From: Hormiphora californensis
Lineage: Eukaryota; Animalia; Ctenophora
Direction of reading: 5' to 3'
Assembly: GCA_020137815.1 (NCBI GenBank)
Contig: CM035356.1
Location: forward strand, 1,550,001 to 1,614,000
Length of the DNA stretch: 64,000 bases
In this document: piece by piece, positions 36,846 through 49,271 of the stretch
How positions within the stretch are numbered: position 1 is the first letter of the stretch
How the letters are laid out: each line of letters starts with the position of its first letter
Made by a program: the position numbers and the translations under genes
The notes under the pieces: model-generated
Seen by the model: only the letters and a program-made list of their open reading frames with translations
What the model was told of the DNA's origin: nothing
The model's database searches: none

Positions 36846-38126
36846 ATGGATTATTTCTGGAGGGCAATATCCCTCCAACCAGAGCTATCCCGTCGATTGG
36901 ACGGCCACGGAGACCAAGAAACCAACTACAAGTACAACAGTCTCCTTGTCCTAGATCATGATGTGGAGAAACCTCCCAGATACACCTACCCCCGACACGG
37001 CTCAGGGGAGTGGGTTGTTCGGTTACGGGGCTTGTTTCACACCATTGTATCCCTGTCTGATGGTATCATGTCGAGTTGTACTGAGAAGAAAGAAGGGGAG
37101 AAAGAGGAGGAGAAGGGATCAGGTGAGAGGAGGATCTACTCTACAGAGATAGAGATACACGGTGGGACAGTCCAGTGTTGTATAGTCTGGTATCCTGAGT
37201 GTGTCCTTGTCATCACCTCCGATGCGATTGAATCAGATATACCAACGTGTGCTGACTATCTCTATCACACGATCCCATATTTTGTCCCCCACACCCACAA
37301 CCCAATTAGAAACCCTGCCTTCTCAACCTCAACCCGAGTTATTGACACATACTCAGCTCCTGCTTTGGAGATAGCTGGAACACGGTTTCTGAACAACCAG
37401 ACCGGACCCGTCATTCACCGAGGGATGGAGGTAGCAGGAGAGGTGAAGGACCTGTTGTTAGACATTGAAACAAGTCTAGAGATAGACGGGGATGTGAGTG
37501 TCAGTAGTAGAGGAGTGGTAGTGGTATCATATCCTAATATCCTCTACTCCTCCCTCCCCTCTGCAATTCAACCGGTCATTCTACAGACACTGTACTACAG
37601 GGAACTGTTAACTATAAACACAGGATATGTGACCTGGTTTAACAGGTTTTATAAACATTTCATCAGCTCTAGTAAACGGCAGGCTTGGTATTTGTTGGTG
37701 GTCAGTAAAAACGGTCTAACCGCTGCTGAGGTCCTGGGGATATTTGGTAAGCCCTCTAAAGACACTGTACTGGGTGCTGCAAGACATCTCGAGGATTTAC
37801 TTGATAAACATTGTACCTCGTTGAAACAGCATCTTCCATCAGACGGTATCCTGTTGAAACACTGTACTGTTCTGGGCTACAAGTACGGAATGAACAGGGT
37901 GTACTATGCAGAGAACCGGTATCAGAGTCTAGTTGAGTATCACCATAGTAACAGAGATGCAGGTCTTGGAAACCCAGGGAAGTTTGTAGTGAGAGTTGAT
38001 GAGGGTGAGGTGGGGAGGGGAGAGTTTGTGGGGCAGAGGGTCATTGGTGGGAAGGTATTTACCGTGGTTTACAGGACATTGGGAATTCATAATGTTGAAA
38101 CGATTTTCACCGAGCTAGGAATATAA
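36846..38126 (+). CDS. 426-aa intronless longin-domain protein resembling Inturned (INTU/CCZ1 family), without an evident PDZ domain
   Basis: RYTYP...LRGLFHTI, ILYSSLP, WYLLVVS and VGQRV...VETIF line up, in order, with the INTU motifs LYHYP...RGIFLTL, LICSHLP, YFLLVVG and VVGRLF...IEIAF as I recall them. Acceptor CCCAG at 36835. Confidence 0.65.
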   Translation: MDYFWRAISLQPELSRRLDGHGDQETNYKYNSLLVLDHDVEKPPRYTYPRHGSGEWVVRLRGLFHTIVSLSDGIMSSCTEKKEGEKEEEKGSGERRIYSTEIEIHGGTVQCCIVWYPECVLVITSDAIESDIPTCADYLYHTIPYFVPHTHNPIRNPAFSTSTRVIDTYSAPALEIAGTRFLNNQTGPVIHRGMEVAGEVKDLLLDIETSLEIDGDVSVSSRGVVVVSYPNILYSSLPSAIQPVILQTLYYRELLTINTGYVTWFNRFYKHFISSSKRQAWYLLVVSKNGLTAAEVLGIFGKPSKDTVLGAARHLEDLLDKHCTSLKQHLPSDGILLKHCTVLGYKYGMNRVYYAENRYQSLVEYHHSNRDAGLGNPGKFVVRVDEGEVGRGEFVGQRVIGGKVFTVVYRTLGIHNVETIFTELGI

Positions 38127-38580
38127 ACTCAATAACTCTCCCAGAACAAATTCTGAAATATTTGATGAAGTGTGGATATGTACATTTTTTATGTTTTCTA
38201 AGTTATGTTGTGTGCTATATATGTGCTGTTCTATACTGTATGTATTTTTTGACTTGTCGTTACTTTTTTAAATCCTGTGTTTTTAGTCTCTTTGTATTTC
38301 AAACCATGCCGTTATGGTTATGATATATCTCTTTGTGGAAGCTCTTTCTGCTTTCATTTTACATTTCTTCGTATTTAGTACATTACCTCATCCTACTCCA
38401 CTATCTTTACCTACCTCTATTATATAAAGTCTTCGCGATCTCTCCCTGATATGGTTCCCTTTTCTGATTCACTCCTCTGATATAACTCCTTCACTCCCCT
38501 GAACATAACACTCCCCCCCCCCCTGAACAATATAACACTACTCGCCTCTCCCCTTTTAGCAACTCTAACTTCTAAAGACA

Positions 38581-38823
38581 ATGGACGATAACGATAGGAA
38601 AAAGAAGCAGGTGTTCAATGTTAAGTTCTGGCAGGGTTTCGCCGTGGGATTTCTCAGTAACGTGCTATTTAATAAGTTCACCATGGTCGGTGCGGCATCA
38701 GGGTTAGCCGTGGGTATAATGATGGAACAATCAAATCCTAAAAACTTTCCTGATGTTGAGGTGTCGATAGCGGAAAATTGGACTAAATTAAAGGAATATT
38801 ATGAAGAGTGTTCTAAAAATTGA
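38581..38823 (+). CDS. 80-aa mitochondrial-type microprotein, DUF4535 family (SLC35A4-uORF protein/STMP1-like)
   Basis: FWQGFAVG...VGAASGLAVGIMMEQ...PDVE matches the recalled family pattern FxxGFxxG...GxxxGxxxGIxxxQ...PxVE. TTTTAG acceptor at 38559. Confidence 0.65.
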   Translation: MDDNDRKKKQVFNVKFWQGFAVGFLSNVLFNKFTMVGAASGLAVGIMMEQSNPKNFPDVEVSIAENWTKLKEYYEECSKN

Positions 38824-39027
38824 ATCCGGGGGATGGGCTAGATACAATTGTTATCCTTTTTGTGATGTATGTTTCAGTTTGTTGGAGTTTTTTAATATGA
38901 TCCCATTTTTAGTTCGATTTGCTTTTACCAACCCCTCAGAGAAACTGTGACGTGCTTAGTTTCAATTTCATGCGCCAGGTTTACAAATATGGTCTAATCG
39001 GCCACTGCACTCAACCGCGTCTTCCTC

Positions 39028-39183
<156 letters not shown>

Positions 39184-39262
39184 CCTCCACCACTATGATC
39201 ACCACACCCTCCTCTCTTTGTAGGTCAGCGATCACACACCATCATCATCACGACAAGAAAAC

Positions 39263-40459
39263 ATGGCTGACACGACCACTCATGTCCTTGACTCAGGGAT
39301 AGCACCCACGTACTTCTATCCACCACCGCCACCACCCTCCGTGTTCACCCCTCACTTCACAAACTATTATGTGCCCTACCCCAACATCCCTGAACCATCA
39401 CAACTCACTATGGACCTCCAGGCTCTATTTTCATCACAACCCTCCCTGGAGTGTCTTGGATACCAAAGCGCTTAGAAGCCCTCCTTGAAGAGGGGGCTGG
39501 GGACGGACTGGGAGTTGAAGAGGAGGGTGCCCTGCAATGCCCAGAAGTGGGTGAATTAGCAGACTTGTCCCTTTCATCCACCTCCACTATGGATGTTACC
39601 GGCACCTCGGAGGTGTTCCCTCACTCAGTAGAGGCGCTGGCAGGTTGAGGTAGAATCCAAAATGGAATCCTCGGAGGACCTCCTGGAGAGGTTGACGAAT
39701 GAGATATTTGAGAACACCTACCACTCCTCAGATGACATGTTTAACCCACTCCGGACGGTGTCACCAACACCCCTCACCCAACATGCCTCTGCTATGGATT
39801 TGGAGCAGCTACTATCAATGCAACCCCCACCCCTTCCTGAGATACCAGTCCCCTTCGTCCCAACTGCTCCGGCATCCATTCATGTGAAGGGGATCCAGGG
39901 GAACTGTAGGGTGACTTATAGTAAAAACAACCACAGGGTACAGACCCGGGCGACAACTAAACCACGACCTGTCACACCGGAGTTTGAGGGTAGGAGTGTT
40001 GGGGAGGCGTTCCGGAATGGTCCAGAACGATTACCCTTCCACAAGAGCATCAATGCATCAGTTTTCAAGGAAATCAAGGAACAAAACTCCGCGAGTGACA
40101 GTGATTTTACCGGATATACCGTTTTCCACCCGGAATCTATTTCCACCCTTCTCCCACTGCCGCCACCCAAGAAAAAGCAGGACTGTAGGGAATGTGGTGT
40201 GAACAGGGGTCGTGTAACCGCTCTTTCCTCAGCTGATGAAACCCGGACACGGGTTAAAACTGACGCGGGAGCAGAGATCATGATTATTTCCCCTCGACCC
40301 CGATACCGAATTATGCCGACTCCTAGTAAACGGAAAATCCGCACCATCCAAGGCCTCACCTGCTTCAAATGCGATAAGGATTTCCGAAGTAGCAAATTGC
40401 TGGCAACACACATCATCAAAGTTCACCAAAACCCAATATCCAGACCTGTTCCAATGTAA
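39263..40459 (+). CDS. Pro/acidic-rich protein with one C-terminal C2H2 finger; the 5' part (39263-39660) is frame-broken or unresolved
   Basis: ORF 39662-40459 ends in CFKCDKDFRSSKLLATHIIKVH and has basic NLS-like runs. Upstream ORFs 39263-39475 and 39451-39648 look coding. Acceptor TTTGTAG at 39222. Confidence 0.65.
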
Positions 40460-40961
40460 AAACACTATGTGTATTATTTCCTGTATTTTAGCTTGTGCGG
40501 AGAGAGGGGGATGTTACTGAGAGAGGTGTCAAGTGTACAGCTGAGTCAAGTGGCGTTACTCACACTAGAACTCTCATCAACTACACACATTCTTGACACA
40601 TATTCTCTCTCTTTTCCTTTTTCCATGTTTTTTTGTATTTTCTTTTCCTGTAATAGACATTTTTAATGACACTTTCGAAATGACGCGTTCTCTCTGCAGT
40701 AGTCCTCGTTTTCCCACTGGTCACCAACAATACCCCCCCCCCTTGCACTATATAGTAAAGCCTGCTACCTCCAATACGTAAAATATGCAAGCTTCAATTT
40801 CTCCTGTCCTCTTCTCTGAGTCATGTCTTTCTCTTCTCCCTATTTCTCTCTGGGGCCATCTCCCCTCTGATTATAACGCAATATGATACCCATAATAGTA
40901 AAATACGTCACCCTCCGACCAATATCATTTGTAGCTTCTATTCTTCTCTCAATCGCACCTC

Positions 40962-41200
40962 CCTCTCTCTAACTCTGTCACAACTCCTCTTACTTCTCCC
41001 CCTCTCTCTCTAACTTTGTCACAACTCCTCTTACTTCTCCCCCTCTCTCTCTAACTCTGTCACAACTCCTCTTACTTCTCTCCCCCTCTTTCTAACTCTG
41101 TCACAAATCCTCTCACTTCTCCCCCTCTCTCTAACTCTGTCACAACTCCTCTTACTTCTCCCCCTCTCTCTAACTCTGTCACAACTCCTCTTACTTCTCT
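40962..41200. repeat. 39-41-bp pyrimidine-rich minisatellite, 6 copies
   Basis: CTCTAACTCTGTCACAACTCCTCTTACTTCTCCCC repeated. Confidence 0.9.
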
Positions 41201-41482
41201 CTCATCCGGTCCATTTTCTCACTTCTGCAACATTCGACTTTCTTCTGGTGCTTATTTCTCTAGCCAACCCAGAAATTAAAATCACAACTTCCTTCTAAAA
41301 TAATGATTATTTAATAATCTTATCTCATCCCCATCCCAAAAGTCCTATCTCTCATCCCCATACGTCCGGCCCTATCTCTGTTCAACCTCCCCTCTCATCC
41401 CCTGCATATGTCCGGCCCTATCTCTATTCACCCTCCTCTCTCATCCCCATACGTTCACCACGCAGAACACTGTACGCACAAC

Positions 41483-42276
41483 ATGTCCGAACCACGCAAA
41501 GAGATTGACGCTGATCCCGTCAAGTCAGAGCGGCCTGATGAGCGTGACGTCACAAAACAACATTCCATACTGGATACGATATCAGATGATCAGCAAAACA
41601 CCATGGCAACCACTGAAATTCTTGATGAAGGAGCAGTACAAGGAGGGTACAATGAGGCGTCCTACTATGAGATGTTACTAGCAATGAGGGCCCAGGCTGG
41701 GGAACATCCTCAGTTGGTCATGACTGAAGAGAGAGACGAATATCCATGGCCCTCCAGACTTTCTAGATACTCCGCGGTTAGTTTGGCAGTCTCTACCTCC
41801 CTCTAAACATAGATCTTTTTACACTGTTTAACAAACCACTGTTTAACACAAACCCAACAACAATCACTCATGTATCCTACTAACATCACACCTCCCTATT
41901 TCAGTACAACAGACCTCCATTCCCGGCCCATTTCTATCACCAACAACACACCATCCCAGCTCTACCATCCACCAAACAGCAACGCCGTCAACCTAAACAG
42001 TCCGCCCCTAAAAAGCGGCGTCCCAACACAATCCAGTGCTATCATCCCCTATCCGAAACATCGAACTGTAATGAGCAGTTTAATAATACTGTGGAATTGA
42101 GTTGTCATATTGCCAATGTTCACTCTATGGTGTCAGATCATGTTTGCAAGAATTGTGCCAAGTACTGTTTGACAAAGAGCGCTATGTTGAGGAAACGGTT
42201 AGAGCACGAGAAGGGAAGGAGTGCGTACTGTTTGCCAAGTTTTGGGGCTGCAGACAATGAAAACAATGGCACATGA
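41483..42276 (+). CDS. 221-aa protein with an NLS and atypical C2H2 fingers, 2 exons (41483-41776, 41905-42276)
   Basis: Phase-0 GT-AG intron. Exon 2 reads ...PKKRRPNTIQCYHPLSETSNCNEQFNNTVELSCHIANVH...CKNCAK...KRLEH...*. Confidence 0.75.
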
Positions 42277-43221
42277 AAATAAGAGATAAAACGATTCGTT
42301 AGAAGATTATAGGTTTTTTAGAATGAGTGGCTTTTCAGCCTGAACCCTTGGCTATAATATTGATGGTGAAGTGGCCACTTTTTTCGTTTTTCATAACTGT
42401 GTTACGTAATTTTATACGGTCGAGTTACCACGAGAGAGTGATACAAGTCAAGAAAGAGAAGGAAAGATAGAAAAGTAGAAGAGAGCTGAAAATACGTCAT
42501 GTCGACTAAAATGGACAATTCGAAAAGCCCCCCGTGTATGACTGTAGGGCGCGAGACATCTCTTGTGAGGAGAGCTATGGCAACCATTACAATGGATTCA
42601 GGCGCGCGACGGGAAGACCGACGCGCAGTGTCACTCAGCTGCTGCTGCACCAGCCAACCCTGCTGTCTCTCCCTCTCATCCCTTCTTTCTCTCTGTCACA
42701 CACACAGAATCTCTCCTTCTCTCTTCACTACTCTCTCTCTCTCTATCCAGGTATTATGACATGTCACAATGAGGTTATACAGGGAGCCCAACGTATCACC
42801 ATGGTAACCCCTCTGCAGCTATGGAGCCACGTTGGGCAGCTGATGATGTCACTAGCTCGATATTTGGATAAACGTGACCCCCTGATGACACGTCGCATCA
42901 TATGAGGTAATAATAATAACTGGGAATATATTCATTATTGTAGCCTAGTTTCTCACTCACTCCGCGACAAGTCTATGTTATTGTTATACTGTTAGTAACC
43001 AGTCTTTGGGCACGTTGTACCCTGTCAGGCCAATGCTCTGACCACGGTTCAGAAATTAGAATAGGGACAGCCAATGTTCTGACAGGTTGTATCCCTTTTC
43101 ATGGCCAAAACCAGTGTGTTTGTTACTCAACAACGTGCGAGGAGACTGGAGAATATACAAAGCCTTGCTTTATTTGATGTCTTGTTTATGTGTGCCCAAA
43201 CTGAAAATGTGTGCCAAGGTT

Positions 43222-43613
43222 GATAGGGAATAAGGATCGCGATCGGTTGATTGTTTATTAGCCGCATATCAATGAGGAAGTTTAGTTTTCTCCTTCCGGC
43301 TGTACGAAATGAGTAGACGGGGTTTTATTGTAGAAGAACGCTATCAATTTCGATGCACAGCATCATCATCAGGCTCAAATTAATTTGTCTAAAGTAGTGT
43401 TGAAAGTTTCAAAGTTTTTAACACTGCCTGATCGAACTTCGAACCACGTGAGATCACTACAGGGATCACCCCCTCAACATTTTTAACACAAACTTTTCAA
43501 CACTAATTTGAGCCTGATGATGATGCTGTGCATCGAAATTGATAGCGTTCTTCTACAATAAAACCCCGTCTATTCATTTCGTACAGCCGGAAGGAGAAAA
43601 CTAAACTTCCTCC
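43222..43613. mobile_element. Penelope-like fragment: ~108-bp inverted repeats (43274-43382, 43504-43612), each with a hammerhead-ribozyme core
   Basis: CTGATGA-T-GATGC-TGT-GCATC-GAAA at 43514-43538 (+) and its mirror at 43348-43372 (-), each followed by AATAAA. GTGTGCCAAGGT direct repeat at ~43209 and ~43614. Confidence 0.65.
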
Positions 43614-46073
43614 GTGTGCCAAGGTGTTTGGTTTACGACGCGCAATTTGCGCCAATTTTCATTTTATTGAGCTCATTTGAAAGAGCTCAATGTCCTCTTT
43701 CCAATGAACCCAAGATTTTGCAAATTGGTCAAGAAATAGCTGAGTTATAGCCAAATAAAATTAAAATTCTCAGGAGACGGGTCAACCTTTACCGCTTACC
43801 GTCAGAGCATTGGCCTGACCCATTCTCGTTTCTCTCAAATTTGCGGAGCACGCGAGAACTGTGGTCAGAGCATTGGCCTGACAGCGGTACTTGGTCATTA
43901 TATTGTCTCTCCCCCTCACGTGATATATATGGCAAATATCAAGGTAGTAGCCACGTCTAGCCGGGTAACACATGGGGCAGTAAGGTGCTGTTAGTTACCA
44001 CCTAGTATTATATATCCCTCCATCATTAACACACATAACATACGATATGCCCCCAGCTCTTCTCTCTGTATACTTCTCGTCCCACGCCCTAATTAATCAA
44101 ACACCTGGGGCCCTATATTATCCACAACCCCCAACCTTGTAATGGTGTAAAGTACAATACGGGCACCCATGCTTTATCTTATTTTGTTCAAATCCGGTGA
44201 GAGAGAGAGAGTCGAGGAAGGTAATATAAGCTTTATCCCGATTATATCTAGGTTAACTTTTATTCACCCACACTCAATTTGGAACCCAAATTGACAGTTT
44301 CATGTTAGCTCCCTCTACTTTTTTTAGTCCTGACCTACTTGCGCCGTTTTTTAGTGTACAGATAGTTGGGTTGGTGATGCCATCCCCTTAGCCTGTTCGG
44401 AGGGCTTCGTTTGCCACGATTATGAAGTCGGATTTTTGAAGTTGTCACCCCCTTCTCGTTGGGGTGACAACTTTAAAATATCCGACTTTATAAAATATAA
44501 GCGTGATCGCTAGTGGAGGCTGCGTCACCAAGTAGTTTGGTCCCATGCAACCTAACCCCTAACTGCGTTGCCAACTATTTGGTTGGTTGGTTTTACTGTA
44601 TCTTGCACTGCAAATTACTCTCGTGATGCCTGGCTCAAATAGTACCGTCCTATCCGTCTGTACTCTGTCGTTGCCAACTATTTTACCATGTATCATTATA
44701 TCCACTGAAAACTTGTTATTACTTAACAACCCAGTACCCCATCCAGTCACACTTTTTTAAAACTTTGTTGAAGTTTGATTCACGTCACGGTATTGGCTTT
44801 AGAAATCTTAAACATTAAAACTTCCATCCTATTATTTGTCAGGTTATTTTGCGTCACACTTCTATCGCCCCAAAATGTCAGTAAAGATTGTACGTAAAGT
44901 TATAATATCGAGAGAAGATTATAACCACTCGAGACTGATGCCCATATTTGCTTCGGCGGGGGGCAAAGTCTTGCTTAATGGGAGGGGTAACTGCAGTGGC
45001 GAGGGGGGAACTGCCCTCTCTCTCGTTGTAGATTGAGAATTAATTTGTCCGGGGAGGTCACAGTTCTTGCTCCTTTCTCATTACATGGTCTTTGAGTAAT
45101 TCTTTAGAAAGAACCTATCGGACTACAGCTCGTTTCTCAGGACTCTTTATCCATGTTTTTCCATAATGATGAATTCGACTTGAATGGTGCCCCTTGGCTT
45201 CGTTAGCGTCTGTCGTCTGATAACACTAAACTCAAATTTAATCGAGTATTGAAAAGTTATTTGTTTTGTACTTGTTTAAAACTCATGGGCCATTGTTTAG
45301 TTGTTTCCCGTCATTATTTGTCCATGTTTTGAATCATAATTCGATCATGTTTTCATTCAAAACACTCGTTACATGACTAGTTAGAAGTTAGAAGTTTACG
45401 ATCTAGAACTACATTCGGTCCCCGATTTACCGGGATTCTCGGTGGAAAGGGTTTTGCCCGCGACGGTAAATCGGGGTCCCGGTTAATCGGGGTCTGACTG
45501 TAGATATAGTTTATGATACAATTTTCCATCGCCGTCGGCAGACAGAAGACGATTTTTTGGTGATTCCTTGTTTGAAGAATGTCCATTATTTTACCATTGT
45601 GGTATTTTGGGCGTGGTGATTGCAAACAGTTGTCCCCCCCCCCTGAGCCCCTTTTGTTACATACACCTACGTACGTTGCAGTACACCTCTCTTCTCCAAA
45701 CACTTTTTCGCTAAAATTTCTTCGTATGTGTTCTGCTCAGTCTCGCTTGCTTCCCCCACTTTGTACTCCACTTTTCTGCACTCAAAATACCGCATACCAT
45801 GTACCATCAGGTTTTTTAGTGCGTGAGAGAGAGAGAGAGAGAGTGAGGGAGAGAGGGAAAGAGAGTGAGGGAAAGAGAGAAAGAGAGAGAGAGCTGAGGG
45901 GGCAACAATTAAATGGCTGAGTCAAGTGAGAGATGTTTTTAGGAGAGATGAAAGATATGTAGCAGAGTTTGAAAGACATTTTCAGTGAGTGAGTTGGCAA
46001 CTTGGCGAGAAATTACCGGGTGAAATGTTGAGTGTAGTGGAGAAAGAGAGAGAGTGAGAGAGAGTGAGTGAGA

Positions 46074-46139
<66 letters not shown>

Positions 46140-46434
46140 TTTAGAAAAGTGTGACTGTCTGTGCGAGGAGAGTTGTTACGTCAAATCCAATTTACAGGAA
46201 TAGCAACTACTTCCTGAGCAGCGCAGCATGTGACAAGGCGAAAGAGAGGGAGAGAGAGAGAGAGATAAAGTGAGAGAGAGAGAGAGAGTGGGAGAGTGAG
46301 AGAGAGTTATGTGAGAGAAAGAATTTCCAAAAGGCCTGTCTGCAACAGGAAATGCCTTCACGCAAAACTGAACATAAAGCTAAAGGTCCATAATATCCCA
46401 TATATTTCAAACCCCTGAGAATAGAGGGATATAA

Positions 46435-46469
<35 letters not shown>

Positions 46470-46963
46470 TACAGGAAGGTTGCTGTCTACTCCTCAGATC
46501 TATCCATGACGCAACGTCCAATATAAACCTATGGTGTCTGCAGCTGTATATGACGTTCTTAGTGGCTGCAGGCATGTGGATTCACTAGCTCTCATCTCTC
46601 TCTCATCTACTCTCCTCTCTCTCTCTCCTCTCTCTCTCTCTCGTCCGTCCTCTCTCTCTCTCTCTCTCTTCCCCTCTCTCTCTCTCCCTCTCTCTCATCT
46701 CTCTCTCTGAAGAGCCAACCGTATCACGTGGTGCCTGCAGGAAACTTGCAGGAGAGGAAAGAAAGAGAGACGCAACATGGACCTAGAGAATACAAGAAGG
46801 AGAACGAGAAAGCGAGGGCGAAGAGCGACGAGAGAGAAGATGAGACTGAGAGATAGTCTTCACATTCACTACGCCGAAGAGAGAGAGACGATTTGAGAGA
46901 AAACGAGAGGAGAGAGACGGAGACGAGAGAGAGGAGAGAGGGAGACAGAGAGAGATAGGAGAG

Positions 46964-47007
<44 letters not shown>

Positions 47008-47129
47008 AGATGTGTGCAAAGCAGGCAAACGCACATGCTGCACCTATCTATCCTTCTCAATGTGGTGCCTGTATATTCTCTCTCTGTTATTGTTATTGGT
47101 GTTGTGTGTATTTCCCCGTGCCGCGCTCG

Positions 47130-47217
<88 letters not shown>

Positions 47218-47410
47218 CGTCAAAAAGTTCGTCTATTTTTAGGTTCCCTAGCTCGCAGGGGGACACCACGTGTAGCTGCAGAGTGCTTCCGCAAATGTCC
47301 CAAGAGGATAAAATACCCGGTGTATACATTGTGTGACAATCCTGCTCCTGGAGAGACAGGAACCCCGTATTGACTACGAGAGAGATACACAGTGACCGGA
47401 TCACTAAGCT

Positions 47411-49239
47411 ATGATGGGAATCAACGAACTGACTAAATCACTTCTCCGGTAAGTGTATTTTGGGATTGGATATTTTTGGTTGGTCTTGGAAATTATTTTC
47501 AGACTTGCATGCAGTGCGTGCCAGACGAAACTGTATCAGCTTTTTATATACTTTCTTAATTGTTGATAAACTGCATGCCTTTCTTGCTCGACTGCAGTTG
47601 TTGTTGTACAGATCTGTTGTATTGTATTGATACCCTCCCTCTCAAGGGAGAGAGGAACTATAATGTCTTGATACAAGATACATATTTCTCTCTGTTTTGT
47701 TCCCCATTACATTGCTATGAGTTGTCTCGTCTTTTCCATAGCATTATGAGAACAGCTCGTGTTGTCAGTGTAGAGCTCTGTTACATATTTAATGTGGTAA
47801 ATTAGCTACTATGGCTACTATCATTAATAAATATATAGTGTGGGTGTACGGCCCGTGTGGGGCAATAAAAATGCCCCCCCAAGTCTACCATAGTTCCAGA
47901 TATCGTGGAGCGCTAAAATTTGGTTCAGTAACTCTATGAGACAAATAAATAACTTGACCAAAATTTCAGACATCTAGCTCAAAATTCATTTTTTTGATAG
48001 GAATGAACATTGTCATTCATTCCAGGAAAAAATATTTCCGGTTCAAAATTTAACCAATTATGTTTGGCTATCGATTAGCTTTCCAATGTGACCAAGATCA
48101 GCTAAATTGGACAACCACAAGAGACACAGTGTCATGTTGTTTAAGTTAGTCAGGTCATGTGATCTTCACTGAATCGTTGATCGTGTTCAGTATTACGAAT
48201 TGGTCTAAGTGGTAGAGAATCACGTATCACATCTGCTAATGAGGGATGGACGATGCTGATTGGTCATGAGATCTGCAGCTCTTTGATAATGTCCTCTTTC
48301 CTCGAATCACATCACCCTGTATTGGTACACATACCAATTAGCGGCCATGATACGAGATTCCTTTGCCCATTGGCCCGATTAGCAATCCCGGAAACTCAAC
48401 GATTCGGTGAAGATCACATGACCTGACTAACTTAAAGCAACATGACACTGTGTCTCTTGTGTTTGTCCAATTTAGCCGATCTTGGTCCCATTGGAAAGCT
48501 AATCGATAGCCAAACATAATTGGTTAAATTTTGAACCGGAAAATATTTTTTCCTGGAATGAATGACAATGTTCATTCCGATCAAAAAAATGAATTTTGAG
48601 CTAGAGGTCTGAAATTTTGGCCAAGTTATTTATTTGTCTTATAGAGTTACTGTACCAAATTTTAGCGCTCCACGATATCTGGAACTATGGTAGACTTGGG
48701 GGGCATTTTTATTGCCCCACACGGTATACTGCTCGACTCAATATAATATATCATTTTACCTAGGATAGATAGCTTCCTCTGAAGGTCACCCCGTGACGTC
48801 AAACCTTCCCCATTAGATGGAACTTGCTCAAACCTGCCCCAGTATATATAATGTAGTTTCTCTGGGCCATTCTTTTTGATCTGCTCTATTATATCTTGAG
48901 AAGAAAGAAACATTTAGAGTGTGCCCATTTTTCATTCTCCGAGGTAGTAATAATTAAACAGCACATTGCTTACGTTATAGGTACACGTAGTTTTAAAGTA
49001 TATATATTCGCATCTCAACTTGTTTTCTCAGAGAGAATTGAGAATATGAGGAAAGAGGAGAGATAGGGGCCCAGAGATAGGGAGAGAAAGAGAAGTCCAG
49101 TGAGTGATACAGCGAGAGAGAGGCCCGGAGCTAGTCTATCTATGAGTAAGATCCACTAGAGCTGTGTATTGAAATTTGCACCCAGACTGTACCACTTCCA
49201 ATTCTACGTCATTGTCCATCTTGCTTTACAATTATCATC

Positions 49240-49271
<32 letters not shown>

